Positions 37,544-46,673 of a stretch of 64,000 bases of DNA are shown piece by piece. Made by a program: the position numbers and the translations under genes. The notes below the pieces were generated by a model, which was not told where the DNA came from, did no database searches, and saw nothing but the letters and a program-made list of their open reading frames with translations. This DNA is from a virus. The stretch spans positions 87,625-151,624 of IMG/VR virus record IMGVR_UViG_3300030365_000081; one strand, given 5' to 3'. The first letter of the stretch is position 1; each line of letters starts with the position of its first letter.

Positions 37544-38151
37544 GGCCTCCGTGTACCATTGAACATATCCTCCGATGCTCGTGAGAACTCAGCAAAAGAT
37601 TGTTCTCGTTCTGTAGCCACTGCTTTTGCAGCTTCTTCTGGAGTATCAAAATGGCCAAGGTAATGCCGAATGCCATTACAGGTAATTTGTGCTGTCCACG
37701 GTTTGCCCCAGCCTTTATTTTTCCAGACGTCGGCATAACCGCTTTTATTGTCCGCACGCATTGCCTGGTTTTTCATATTATCGGCATGTGTAACTAACCG
37801 CAAATTTGAACGTCGGTTATCGTATGGCTTGCCGTTAATATGATCAATTTCCATTTTGGCCGGAATATTTTCCTCTCCAAATAAAAGCCGATGCATCAAG
37901 ACGTAGTGATTATGCCGAATATTATTTTCGTCAAGATAATAAGTATAAAGAGTTCGTAAATAACCATCTTGATGTTTATGCCAACAGTACGAAGAGATAA
38001 GGGAATAATCTTCTTTGGAAAAATAAAATTCATAACCAGCACGGGTTGTACCGATATAATATGTTCCATCGTCAGATAAGACATATGAATTTCTTTTTGT
38101 ATTAAAATGAGTTATATCTCTTGAATGATCATAAATTGATGGCGTTTTTAT
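37537..38151 (-). CDS. HNH-AP2 homing endonuclease, start codon unresolved (possible pseudogene or non-canonical start)
   Basis: HNH (EIDHINGKPYDNRRSNLR) + AP2 (SGYADVWKNKGWGKPWTAQITCNGIRHYLGHFDTPEEAA). Frame is open 84 codons upstream of the track start (TTG at 37899), encoding conserved N-terminal HNH_3-like residues (...DDGTYYIGTTRAGYEFYFSKEDY...), back to ATA directly after an AGGAGGTGA RBS. No ATG/GTG/TTG in that stretch. Confidence 0.5.
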   Translation of the reverse strand: MKTPSIYDHSRDITHFNTKRNSYVLSDDGTYYIGTTRAGYEFYFSKEDYSLISSYCWHKHQDGYLRTLYTYYLDENNIRHNHYVLMHRLLFGEENIPAKMEIDHINGKPYDNRRSNLRLVTHADNMKNQAMRADNKSGYADVWKNKGWGKPWTAQITCNGIRHYLGHFDTPEEAAKAVATEREQSFAEFSRASEDMFNGTRRPC

Positions 38152-38220
38152 TCACCTCCTGTAATTTATTCCAAAAGCCCTGCGGGGGCGGGGAACGGGT
38201 GGTCATGGGTGGCTCCTTGG

Positions 38221-39324
38221 TTAAAACAAATCAGCTTCGGTTTTGGGCGGGTCTGCGATAAGGGCCTGGGCGTTATAATCCCGAATGGCGGGGCAGATTT
38301 TGCGGTAATTGCAAAGGTTATTGCAGAAGAAAGCGCTGTCCTTATCAACCTTGCGGGCAGGCCAGGGAGTGGTTTCATCCTGGGGCAGGGACTCGTAGAT
38401 ATCGGCAACCTTGTTGATGTAATCAATAGCTTCCTGCTTGAGTTCCGGGGTATAAGGGTAAGGTTCTACAAAAGGTTTGATGATGAACTGCTGGGCGACC
38501 GACATGGGGAACTTGGGACCGAGAAGATTCGTTTCTTTGAAATCCAGCATGGCAAATTCAATCTCGGCTTCATCCATACCGGCATCGCGGCAGGCGGATT
38601 CGACCGCGGGGGCGATGGTATCGTAAATTTTGGAGCGGTTGACGATGCGGATACACTGGGTTTTGTTGCGCGAACGGGATGTGGCGTACCAGGTGTAACG
38701 GATCTCGACATACTTGAGCATGATCCAGGCGAGATTTTTGACTGTATAACCGGCCTGTTCCAATGCCATAGCGTAGATCACGAGCTGGCGGCCATGCTCC
38801 AATAGGGTAGATGGGGCGAATCGTGTGCTCGTTTTCCAGTCGTAAACAGATACAGAGCCATCGGGTTCCAATTTCATCAGGTCAATGTAACCTTGAATGG
38901 CGCGGGTAGGACTGACGCGGTAAATAAGCAGCTGTTCTGTTTTGAACTCGCCCCTAGGCGGGTAAAAGTTCTGGCAGAAGTGGGTTATGTCCTTAATCCA
39001 TTTTTCTTTGATGGAATTATTACCGCGAAAGTCCTTGGGAAAGGTAAGGCCGAGGGTTTCACATTCATCCATGGCACTATGTAGAGCGGGAAGGAGGTCA
39101 TCACAGGTTGCTTGCTGGTGAATCAACTGTTCTAGAACATCGTGCATAGAGCCACCTAACCGTGAATAAATACTGTCGATTCCTTCTTCATGTTTGATGT
39201 AGGAGTACCACGCCTGGAGTTGGCACTGCTCAATGGTGCCTAATTTGGAAAAACTGTATACATTTACGCCGGCATCGAAAAGTTCTTGCAGGCGGGGGTC
39301 TTTGGCGCGTTCGATTATAACCAC
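38221..39324 (-). CDS. PD-(D/E)XK nuclease, Cas4/RecB-like exonuclease
   Basis: GYIDLMKLEPDGSVSVYDWKTS (D..D/E.K core). C-terminal Cys cluster CNNLCNYRKICP. Confidence 0.55.
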   Translation of the reverse strand: MVIIERAKDPRLQELFDAGVNVYSFSKLGTIEQCQLQAWYSYIKHEEGIDSIYSRLGGSMHDVLEQLIHQQATCDDLLPALHSAMDECETLGLTFPKDFRGNNSIKEKWIKDITHFCQNFYPPRGEFKTEQLLIYRVSPTRAIQGYIDLMKLEPDGSVSVYDWKTSTRFAPSTLLEHGRQLVIYAMALEQAGYTVKNLAWIMLKYVEIRYTWYATSRSRNKTQCIRIVNRSKIYDTIAPAVESACRDAGMDEAEIEFAMLDFKETNLLGPKFPMSVAQQFIIKPFVEPYPYTPELKQEAIDYINKVADIYESLPQDETTPWPARKVDKDSAFFCNNLCNYRKICPAIRDYNAQALIADPPKTEADLF

Positions 39325-40334
39325 CTCACTTTCGTTTGCAGGCAGGCGACATAGGCATCGCGGCCAAGGTCGGCGGGATTTTGTTTGCTGCCTGCGGGGA
39401 TAATATCGTGGTCAGGGTCCCAGACATAGCCGACCCTGGTAGTTAGGATTAAATTGTTCTGGACAAGCTTTGCGGCTTCTTCCCGGATAGCGTCTTCTTC
39501 TAATCCTTCATCGAGAGCGAGAACAATAGTTTTGGGGCGAAGAGAAAAGATCATGCTGCGCTGGGCCTTGGAGACATGGCAGCCGCAGAGACCGAGCGAG
39601 ATATGGGCACCGAAAGATGCGCACTGCATGGGGGCTTTTTCCGATTCAAAAAGGACCACGTTCTGGGTTTCGATGATGCGCTGGTAGTTTTGCTGTAGGG
39701 CAAACAAGGTTTTGCTGCGCGGACAGCTGATGATGGGATACCAGCGGTCCTGATGGGGGCAGTTGGGGTCATTGGAGCGACCCATGATGCCGCAGAGCTG
39801 GCCATCAAAATTACGCTCCGGGATGGTGATACGGTTGGAAAGAAAATCATAACCAACCTGAAATTTTTGCTGGGTTACATAATCAATGCCATCGCGGAAG
39901 AACATCTGGTTGTACTTGCCCAAGTATGGCTGCAAAGTTTCCTCTGGGATGGGGGGCACGGAGTAATCCTCCGGCTGATCAGGGAGGAGCTTGCGGTAGA
40001 AGCCGCCGAAGGGGTAGTGAACTTTGGCCGAGAAATCATTCTGGTCGAGATCCAGAACGGTGGTGACAAAGGTTAAGCTGTCCGGGAAAGTGCAATTCAG
40101 GCGCGACATGATGAGGGTGAAAAGATTGCCTTTGCCGTTAGTGGAAAAGCAATAAAACCGTAAAGAATCAACATCCAGAACAATGCTTGTAGGGTTGGTG
40201 CCGTCCGCCCGTGAAAAGCGGAACTGGGCTTTGGCTGAATTAAACGTAATGTTTTCATAGCCGAGGGTTTCGAGGATGGTGTAGATATCATCCGAGCGGC
40301 CGATCAGGCGCTGGGAGAGGAGTGCCGCGTTCAT
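39315..40334 (-). CDS. DnaG-type primase (TOPRIM domain)
   Basis: TOPRIM signatures VVLFESEKA ... VLALDEGLEED. Immediately downstream of helicase gene. Confidence 0.5.
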   Translation of the reverse strand: MNAALLSQRLIGRSDDIYTILETLGYENITFNSAKAQFRFSRADGTNPTSIVLDVDSLRFYCFSTNGKGNLFTLIMSRLNCTFPDSLTFVTTVLDLDQNDFSAKVHYPFGGFYRKLLPDQPEDYSVPPIPEETLQPYLGKYNQMFFRDGIDYVTQQKFQVGYDFLSNRITIPERNFDGQLCGIMGRSNDPNCPHQDRWYPIISCPRSKTLFALQQNYQRIIETQNVVLFESEKAPMQCASFGAHISLGLCGCHVSKAQRSMIFSLRPKTIVLALDEGLEEDAIREEAAKLVQNNLILTTRVGYVWDPDHDIIPAGSKQNPADLGRDAYVACLQTKVRWL

Positions 40335-40348
40335 GGGCGCACCCCCCT

Positions 40349-41740
40349 TTAACGGCCGATGGCTACATGGTCATTGCGGATGGTACAATAGCCGACCTCT
40401 TTCCAGTTGTTCCAGCTGAGGTTTGCTTCATACAAAAATTGCTGACCGTCTTCATCGTTACGGGTTTTATCGAGAAAGGCGACGATGTACTTTTTGGTTT
40501 TATCCAGCGTGATGGGGGTAGTGAATTTTTCCCAGGTGCCATCCGGTTTGCGGGTGCGGGTGTATGCGTGACAATCACATTTCTCGCCGGTATATTCATC
40601 CTGCCAGAGTTCCCGAATATAAATCATTTCGGAAAAGACCTCTTTGATTTGCTTGCCGTTGGAAAGGGTGGAGGCATCGAGAAAGCGCTGGTTTTTCATG
40701 TAGAGAGCCAGCTGATAGGTACAGACGATGGAGACGTTTTCCCGACTGGCACACTGGAAAATTTTGCGCGATGACTGCAAGAGCTGGCGATACATTTCCA
40801 TATTGCCGCCGTCATCGTCCGACTTCATGGTGTCCCACAGGAACATCTGGTAGCCGAGTTTGGAATATTTGCGAACCGACTTGATGACGCGAGAGGTATC
40901 GTTATCGAACATTTTGATGAAGCGGATGGAAGAGTATTTCTTTTGGCTGATGGCTGCCGCTTTAAGCAGCATTTCTTTTTGTTCATCCGTGAACTTGCCG
41001 ACCTTGAGATGCTTGCGAGTCATTTTCCAGTAGCCGAGATCATTGGTAAGGATATGGATGGTGAGCAGCTGTTTGTAAGCACGGACCTGCATTTCGTTTG
41101 AAATGATGCAGCACTTGACACCGGATTCGGTTAAAGGCAGGATCATATTTTCAAACACGAAAGAGGTTTTGCCGGTGCCGGAGAAGCCGCCCAGCATGTA
41201 AAGATCACCAAGGGGGAGGCCGAGAGTGGCCCAGTTGAGGCGAGGGCAGTTTTTACCGTAATTCAGACCGACCGTTTCGCCTTTATCTAGCTCTGTGATA
41301 TACGATTCATCAAAGGCGACAGCTTCGACTTTCATATCGCGGGTGGAGTTCATGCTGATGGTGTTGAGCTGATAGTCGAAAAAATCGTAGACTTGGGAGT
41401 TGGACATGGAATCAAAGCGGGAAGTATCCTGGAAAGTTTTGAAAAACTGCTCGCAGAGATCGGAGAGAGTGTTGAGCTTGGAGATGCGGTCAAAGTAGGC
41501 TTCGACGTTATCAACATCCACGAGGGTTTTGAGCTTTTCGACTTCCGGGTAGCCGCCGTAGGCCGAGAAGACTTTGCGGGTATCGGCTTTATCCGAAAGG
41601 TAAGTATCGACCGAAATACTATCGAAATTGCGGAAGCCGGAATCATACATGCCGCGGCCAAGCTGGTAGTAGAAGAGGGCATCTTTGGTTTTGATGGTTA
41701 AATCATTGCCGAAGTTGACCTGATCGTACTCACCAAACAA
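40349..41740 (-). CDS. dnaB: replicative DNA helicase (DnaB family)
   Basis: Walker A GGFSGTGKTSFV, DnaB C-terminal RecA-like fold. 463 aa. Confidence 0.75.
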   Translation of the reverse strand: MFGEYDQVNFGNDLTIKTKDALFYYQLGRGMYDSGFRNFDSISVDTYLSDKADTRKVFSAYGGYPEVEKLKTLVDVDNVEAYFDRISKLNTLSDLCEQFFKTFQDTSRFDSMSNSQVYDFFDYQLNTISMNSTRDMKVEAVAFDESYITELDKGETVGLNYGKNCPRLNWATLGLPLGDLYMLGGFSGTGKTSFVFENMILPLTESGVKCCIISNEMQVRAYKQLLTIHILTNDLGYWKMTRKHLKVGKFTDEQKEMLLKAAAISQKKYSSIRFIKMFDNDTSRVIKSVRKYSKLGYQMFLWDTMKSDDDGGNMEMYRQLLQSSRKIFQCASRENVSIVCTYQLALYMKNQRFLDASTLSNGKQIKEVFSEMIYIRELWQDEYTGEKCDCHAYTRTRKPDGTWEKFTTPITLDKTKKYIVAFLDKTRNDEDGQQFLYEANLSWNNWKEVGYCTIRNDHVAIGR

Positions 41741-41832
41741 AACCGGTTCTTTCCAGAGGCAGAAGACAAAAGAGGCTTCGTCTTGAGCGCGGGAAGTATT
41801 GATTTTATCAAGACAGGTTTGGAGTTCGATAT

Positions 41833-42366
41833 TTAGTCACCGCCTTCCAGAAAATCTGTGATATCTTTTGGCTGAGCAGCGGAAGTGAAATCTTGCGGGG
41901 GCGGAGCCGGTTGGGGTGCAGCCTGACGGGATTCAAATTCCTGCTGAGATTTGAGGCGGCGGGCAACATCGTTGATATTGTTGGTAAGGATGGCCATGAG
42001 GTAGGATGCTTTTTGATAGTCCGAACCGAAAGAGCGGGAAGCCAGAGCGTATTCAATTTTGGACTGGCATTCCTCCATGGTGGCAAGGACAGCGGCATAG
42101 CCATAATGCTTGAATTGCATGAGGCCGCGGGTGATGACCGTTGGGAAAACATCGCCCGGCTCATAGCCCATATAGGAGGCCATGCGGGTAACGACCTGAC
42201 GGTAATAATCAGATTCCTGCTTTTTTTGCTCATACAGCTCTTTGGTTTGGTAATAAAAACCATCCGGGGCCTTGAAATAATCCAGCGAATTGCCATAGAT
42301 GCCGGTGGCGTGACAGATGACGCGGCGGCCTTTACGGACTTTGGGTGCTGCCATATTTGACACCAC
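41833..42366 (-). CDS. hypothetical protein (position suggests helicase loader/accessory)
   Basis: 177-aa ORF between ATPase and dnaB. Confidence 0.35.
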   Translation of the reverse strand: MVSNMAAPKVRKGRRVICHATGIYGNSLDYFKAPDGFYYQTKELYEQKKQESDYYRQVVTRMASYMGYEPGDVFPTVITRGLMQFKHYGYAAVLATMEECQSKIEYALASRSFGSDYQKASYLMAILTNNINDVARRLKSQQEFESRQAAPQPAPPPQDFTSAAQPKDITDFLEGGD

Positions 42367-42368
42367 CT

Positions 42369-43472
42369 TTACGCTGCGAAGAGGTCAGCGATCTGGCGCA
42401 GGGTTGCAGCCGGGATGTTGGGGGAGGAGAACTTGGGTTCACCGGTGGCGGCCAACAGCTCCTTGGCTTTGGCCTTGATTTCATCCGGGGCGTTGGAGAA
42501 GCCATTGACGATGGTGTTGTAATATTCATCACGGTGAGATTCGTCCTGTTCGGCCTGCTTTTCGGCTTCCTCTTTTTTGCGGGCTACGGCTGCCTGTTTG
42601 GCGGCGGCTTTCTGCTCGGCCTTGGCGGCAGCGTCGATCTGCTTATCCGTAACCGGAGCAACCGTGTGAGCACCGGCGACACCCTGTTTGAAGGCGGCGA
42701 GGAAATCCTGCGGATCAAGGGTGATCGTTTCAGGCAGGTCATTGAAGCGGGAACCGGCATCAATGGTGGAGGTGCCGCGCAGATGGATGACACGCTTTTC
42801 GTTTTCGATTTTGCCGGATGCGATATCGCGCTCGATGGTGCCAACCATGACCATCTGGGCGTTATCAGCAATGGCACTGTATGTACGGTCCTGCATGAGG
42901 TTTGTGAGCTGCTCATACTTTTCGCCGGTGAGGGGGTCTGTGCGCTCCTTAAACTTGGTATGGGACAGGATGAAGACGGCGATGCCGGCGTTGCGGATGC
43001 GGGAGAGCTGATCGTTGATGATTTTAATCAGGCGGTCAGAGCCGCGGTTGTAGCCGCCGAAGGCATCATTGATGGATTTGCAGGATTTGCCGGTTTCACG
43101 ACGGGATTCCCGCATGACTTCATCGGTGGCGATATCAAAGAGGGTATCAAAAGTATCAAAGCAGACACCCTTGATGCCGTAGTCGGCATTGTTTTCGATC
43201 AGATCATCAACGATCTGAACAAGGCCGCGATGGCCGGTTTCTTCATCGTAATCATCGTCCCAGGTGAGGGCTTCTTCGACCTGGAGGTTATCGAGGTGGT
43301 GGAAGCCGGACTCGGTGCCGCAGGAGATGAGCAGCCCCTTGGAGGCGTCGCCCCAGGCGGCAGGAACAAGGTCGCGCCACCAGGTTGTTTTGCCGAATTT
43401 ACGCGGGGACAGCAGCATGTAATAGGGGTAGCTGGCAAGATCGCAGCTGATCTGATTCATTTTGAACGCCAT
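42369..43472 (-). CDS. AAA_24/Sak4-like recombination ATPase
   Basis: Walker A LLSPRKFGKTT. 367 aa with C-terminal coiled-coil. Confidence 0.45.
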   Translation of the reverse strand: MAFKMNQISCDLASYPYYMLLSPRKFGKTTWWRDLVPAAWGDASKGLLISCGTESGFHHLDNLQVEEALTWDDDYDEETGHRGLVQIVDDLIENNADYGIKGVCFDTFDTLFDIATDEVMRESRRETGKSCKSINDAFGGYNRGSDRLIKIINDQLSRIRNAGIAVFILSHTKFKERTDPLTGEKYEQLTNLMQDRTYSAIADNAQMVMVGTIERDIASGKIENEKRVIHLRGTSTIDAGSRFNDLPETITLDPQDFLAAFKQGVAGAHTVAPVTDKQIDAAAKAEQKAAAKQAAVARKKEEAEKQAEQDESHRDEYYNTIVNGFSNAPDEIKAKAKELLAATGEPKFSSPNIPAATLRQIADLFAA

Positions 43473-43503
43473 AGGTTCACGCTCCTTTTGTGTTGGTGGT
43501 TAA

Positions 43504-44628
43504 TTAAAACAGCTCGTCTTCATCCCGCGAGGTGGGGGCGGTGAAGGGCGGAGTTTCCGGTTCCTTTTTGGCGGACTTTTCCATATCGGCAACCGATTCA
43601 TCCTTGGTGGGGGTGTAGATCAGGTCAACAAACTCGGAATTCTTGAGGCCGAGGTCGATCGGACCATCCTTGAAATCATTGCGGGGCATGGGGCGCATGA
43701 GGCGGAGTTCCTGAACACGGTTGCCGTAGATAGAGCCGCGGGGACGGAAATCTTCAAGAGTGGCATTGCCGGCCTTGATGGAACGCAGCTGGAAGGGAGT
43801 GAGGCAGGATTCATCGAACGGCTTTTCTTCAGCACCGTTGACAACACGGCCTTCCCACATCATGCAGAACATCGTTTTGGCTTTGGTATCCAGCTCGCCC
43901 ATGCGGTACTCATAGGTGGACTTTTCACCGGGGTCATCCATGTTGTAGACGGCAGTATTGAAGATCATCTGCAACGGCAGATACTTATCGCCTTCGTCCT
44001 TGTTGATGTAGGATTCAACATAGCCGTTGACGTAGATCTTGCCGGTTTCCTTGAGGTCGGCTTTGTCGATACAATCCTTGTTGAAGATGAAGGGAACCAT
44101 GATGGCCAGCTTGGGCTTTTCGACCGGTTCGCCGTCTTTATCGAGCAGGGGTTTCCAAACGGAATCAATGTTGAAGTTGCGGCGCAGGATGCCTTTGGAA
44201 TCGTAACGGAGGACCATGCGGCCATTGACGGTGATGCGGCCGGTGTAGTTCTTGAGAGCTTCGGCCAGGTACTCGGCCAGATCATAGCCGGTGATGAAGG
44301 TTTTGGTTTCATCCGAGCCGATGTTGGTGCGGTAGGTGCGGTAGGGGGCAACCTTGGAAACAACATCGGAATCAAGGCGGTCAGACCAGCGGATATCAAT
44401 GGGGTTATTATCCCGGTCGTAAGTTTTGATGACATCGCCGGAGCGAGAAGTATCCAGCAGGGAGACGAACTGAACGCTGCTGCCGACCTTGACACCGAAG
44501 CTGAGATTGAGGCGGGTATCAGACATGCCGCCGTAAGTAACCGGGGTGGAGGTGAGCAGATCATTTTTGGTGGAAGGAGTAAAATCACCAACAAAGTTGA
44601 AGGTGATGATGTTGTTTTTTTTAGGCAT
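43504..44628 (-). CDS. hypothetical protein with SSB-like acidic C-terminal tip (...SRDEDELF)
   Basis: 374 aa. C-terminus ends in an acidic run + Phe, as in SSB and T7 gp2.5 tails. Located in the replication module. Confidence 0.35.
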   Translation of the reverse strand: MPKKNNIITFNFVGDFTPSTKNDLLTSTPVTYGGMSDTRLNLSFGVKVGSSVQFVSLLDTSRSGDVIKTYDRDNNPIDIRWSDRLDSDVVSKVAPYRTYRTNIGSDETKTFITGYDLAEYLAEALKNYTGRITVNGRMVLRYDSKGILRRNFNIDSVWKPLLDKDGEPVEKPKLAIMVPFIFNKDCIDKADLKETGKIYVNGYVESYINKDEGDKYLPLQMIFNTAVYNMDDPGEKSTYEYRMGELDTKAKTMFCMMWEGRVVNGAEEKPFDESCLTPFQLRSIKAGNATLEDFRPRGSIYGNRVQELRLMRPMPRNDFKDGPIDLGLKNSEFVDLIYTPTKDESVADMEKSAKKEPETPPFTAPTSRDEDELF

Positions 44629-44700
44629 AAAGGACTCCTTAATATGGCATATTTACGAAAACTTGTAATTAGAAAAGAAAAAATAAAAAGGCGGGGTTAA

Positions 44701-45054
44701 TCAGCCGTCAAAATCAAGGTCAGAATCGTCATCGTCGTCGTCTTCATCGGTTTCGTCATCCTCGAAGTCATAGGATTCATCGTCCTGGGAGGCGGCACAA
44801 TCACCGGAGCAGTTAGAGCAATCGCCGGAACATGCTTCATCGCAGGGGAAGAAGGCATCATCGACGGTGAGATGGGGGTTGATGGCACAGACGGATTCAA
44901 TGGCGTTGGCAACAGTATCGGCACAGGAATCGCAGACGGTGAGGTCAAAGATATCGCCGTCATTTTCGGAACCATAGCCGAAGCGGTAGTTCATGCGCAT
45001 ACCGTAACTTTTGAAATCAGGAAAAATCTTTTTGCAGACATTGCAGATAAACAT
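44701..45054 (-). CDS. Cys-rich, extremely acidic small protein (possible DNA-mimic/Zn-ribbon)
   Basis: 117 aa. CNVC...CDSC...CDEACSGDCSNCSGDC then DDESYDFEDDETDEDDDDDDSDLDFDG. Confidence 0.45.
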   Translation of the reverse strand: MFICNVCKKIFPDFKSYGMRMNYRFGYGSENDGDIFDLTVCDSCADTVANAIESVCAINPHLTVDDAFFPCDEACSGDCSNCSGDCAASQDDESYDFEDDETDEDDDDDDSDLDFDG

Positions 45055-45162
45055 GTAAGAACACCCCCGTTAAGATAAGTGAAAAAATGATTGCGGTGGT
45101 TTGACGAAAAAACGGGGGCGGGGAGCGCGGTAGGATGAACGTGGCGGACACCTCCTGACAAA

Positions 45163-45402
45163 TCATTTCAAGGCGAGAAGGGCGGTATGCAGGGCGAAGA
45201 GTTCTTCCGCTGTGGAGGCCACAATGCGAACCGATGCGGAATAATCCAGACTCATAAGGGAGAGCAGGCTTTTGGCATTGGCTTGGTTGCCGTTGCGGTC
45301 GATGACAACGACCTGGCCGCATTCTTTGGCGACCTGGTTAAGACGCTGGCACTCGGCAAAGCTGCGAATGCGGGCAGTAAATTCATGTGTTGTGCCCATC
45401 AC
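45163..45402 (-). CDS. HPr-like phosphocarrier-family protein
   Basis: 79 aa. ...IDRNGNQANAKSLLSLMSLDYSASVRIVASTAEEL... aligns with HPr ...[33 protein letters not shown]... An N-terminal His is present near the HPr His15 position, and a Ser at the Ser46 position. Confidence 0.45.
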   Translation of the reverse strand: MMGTTHEFTARIRSFAECQRLNQVAKECGQVVVIDRNGNQANAKSLLSLMSLDYSASVRIVASTAEELFALHTALLALK

Positions 45403-46154
45403 GCAGCATCCTGTTTGGTGTTTTTGTGGGCGATGAAGCTGGGGATGGGTTCACCCATAGCTTTGCAGGCGGCGACACACTTGCCAATCCATTCATTGAA
45501 GGGGTCGTGATCGAAGGGCTTGGCGAAACCTTTGGAAGCGGGTTTATTGTCAAAGCTGGAGGTGTAAATAATACACTTCACGGTATTGCCGGAACGCTGG
45601 AAGATCATATCGCCGCCATGTTCCGTGACGCGGGAGGACAGTTCAACAACCTTTTTGCGGGCTGCTGCGATTTCATCATCAGTCCAGGTGATGGAAGCGG
45701 GATCATTGATGGCCTTGGTGATAGCGGCATAGGACTTGAAAGCCAGCTCGACAGCTTTGTGAGCGATGCGGTGAGCTTCGGCCTTGTCGTCCAGGGAGAC
45801 TTCGATCTCGATGGTGACGGTATCCGGCTCTTCATCATCATCTTCCGGGGCGGGCTGGGTAGCTTCGACCAGCTTGATTTCATCTTCCCACAAGATAAAA
45901 TCGGAACGCTTGCCGCTTTTGCCCTGGTAAGAATAAGCATAAACAGTTTTGCCGTCGGTACGGGTGCGAGGTTTGGATTCGACTTCAATGATGGTATAGG
46001 TATCACCAGGCTTGACACCACGGATATCTTTATCCAAGCCAAAAGCCTTGTACATATCGTTAAAAATTTCGTTGTCCTTGGCAATATCGGGGATGGGGGC
46101 AACATAAGGTTTGATGACGGTGACGCGATCGCCAGGATGGAACTTAGGTTTCAT
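45399..46154 (-). CDS. hypothetical protein with acidic linker
   Basis: 251-aa ORF. Confidence 0.4.
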   Translation of the reverse strand: MKPKFHPGDRVTVIKPYVAPIPDIAKDNEIFNDMYKAFGLDKDIRGVKPGDTYTIIEVESKPRTRTDGKTVYAYSYQGKSGKRSDFILWEDEIKLVEATQPAPEDDDEEPDTVTIEIEVSLDDKAEAHRIAHKAVELAFKSYAAITKAINDPASITWTDDEIAAARKKVVELSSRVTEHGGDMIFQRSGNTVKCIIYTSSFDNKPASKGFAKPFDHDPFNEWIGKCVAACKAMGEPIPSFIAHKNTKQDAA

Positions 46155-46156
46155 AA

Positions 46157-46525
46157 TTATTCTCCTTTGAAAATAGTGAAATTATTAAGATCAACAGCGC
46201 CGGAGCCAAATGGTGGTTCCGAAAACACTTTTGAACCGATAGGAGGGGTAAGGCGGTTCTGCCCGGACAAGGGAGCTATCTGCATACCACCGATTCGACC
46301 ACAAACCGTACAGTAACGGAGCGGATAATAAAGCAATGTTGTTTTGCCGGTAATTTGATTGGTATAGCAATGAACATACCAGGCTTCTGTGTAAATGTGC
46401 TTGTGCCGAGAGCGGGGACGACCGGTGGATTTGCCGGGTTTGCGGTGAGGCGTGGGTTCGTCAAAATCAGATTCCATGACGGTGGTGGAGGTGACAGTGT
46501 GCGGATTAGGTTTAGAAGTGTTCAT
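46157..46525 (-). CDS. hypothetical protein
   Basis: 122-aa ORF. Confidence 0.35.
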   Translation of the reverse strand: MNTSKPNPHTVTSTTVMESDFDEPTPHRKPGKSTGRPRSRHKHIYTEAWYVHCYTNQITGKTTLLYYPLRYCTVCGRIGGMQIAPLSGQNRLTPPIGSKVFSEPPFGSGAVDLNNFTIFKGE

Positions 46526-46528
46526 AAT

Positions 46529-46645
46529 TCAATCCTCCTTATCGTGGAGATGGGTGCGGACACCGATGGCAGCATCAACAAGGAAGCCAGCAGCAAAAGC
46601 AAGCAGGACAAGAAGCAGCAAGGTACCGGAATTAAGAATGACCAT
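46529..46645 (-). CDS. small membrane peptide (38 aa), NfeD-like partner of SPFH protein (speculative)
   Basis: MVILNSGTLLLLVLLAFAAGFLVDAAIGVRTHLHDKED. GGAGGTG RBS 5 nt upstream. Immediately downstream of the band-7 gene. Confidence 0.3.
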   Translation of the reverse strand: MVILNSGTLLLLVLLAFAAGFLVDAAIGVRTHLHDKED

Positions 46646-46673
46646 AAGAGCACCTCCAAATGTGGAACATGAT

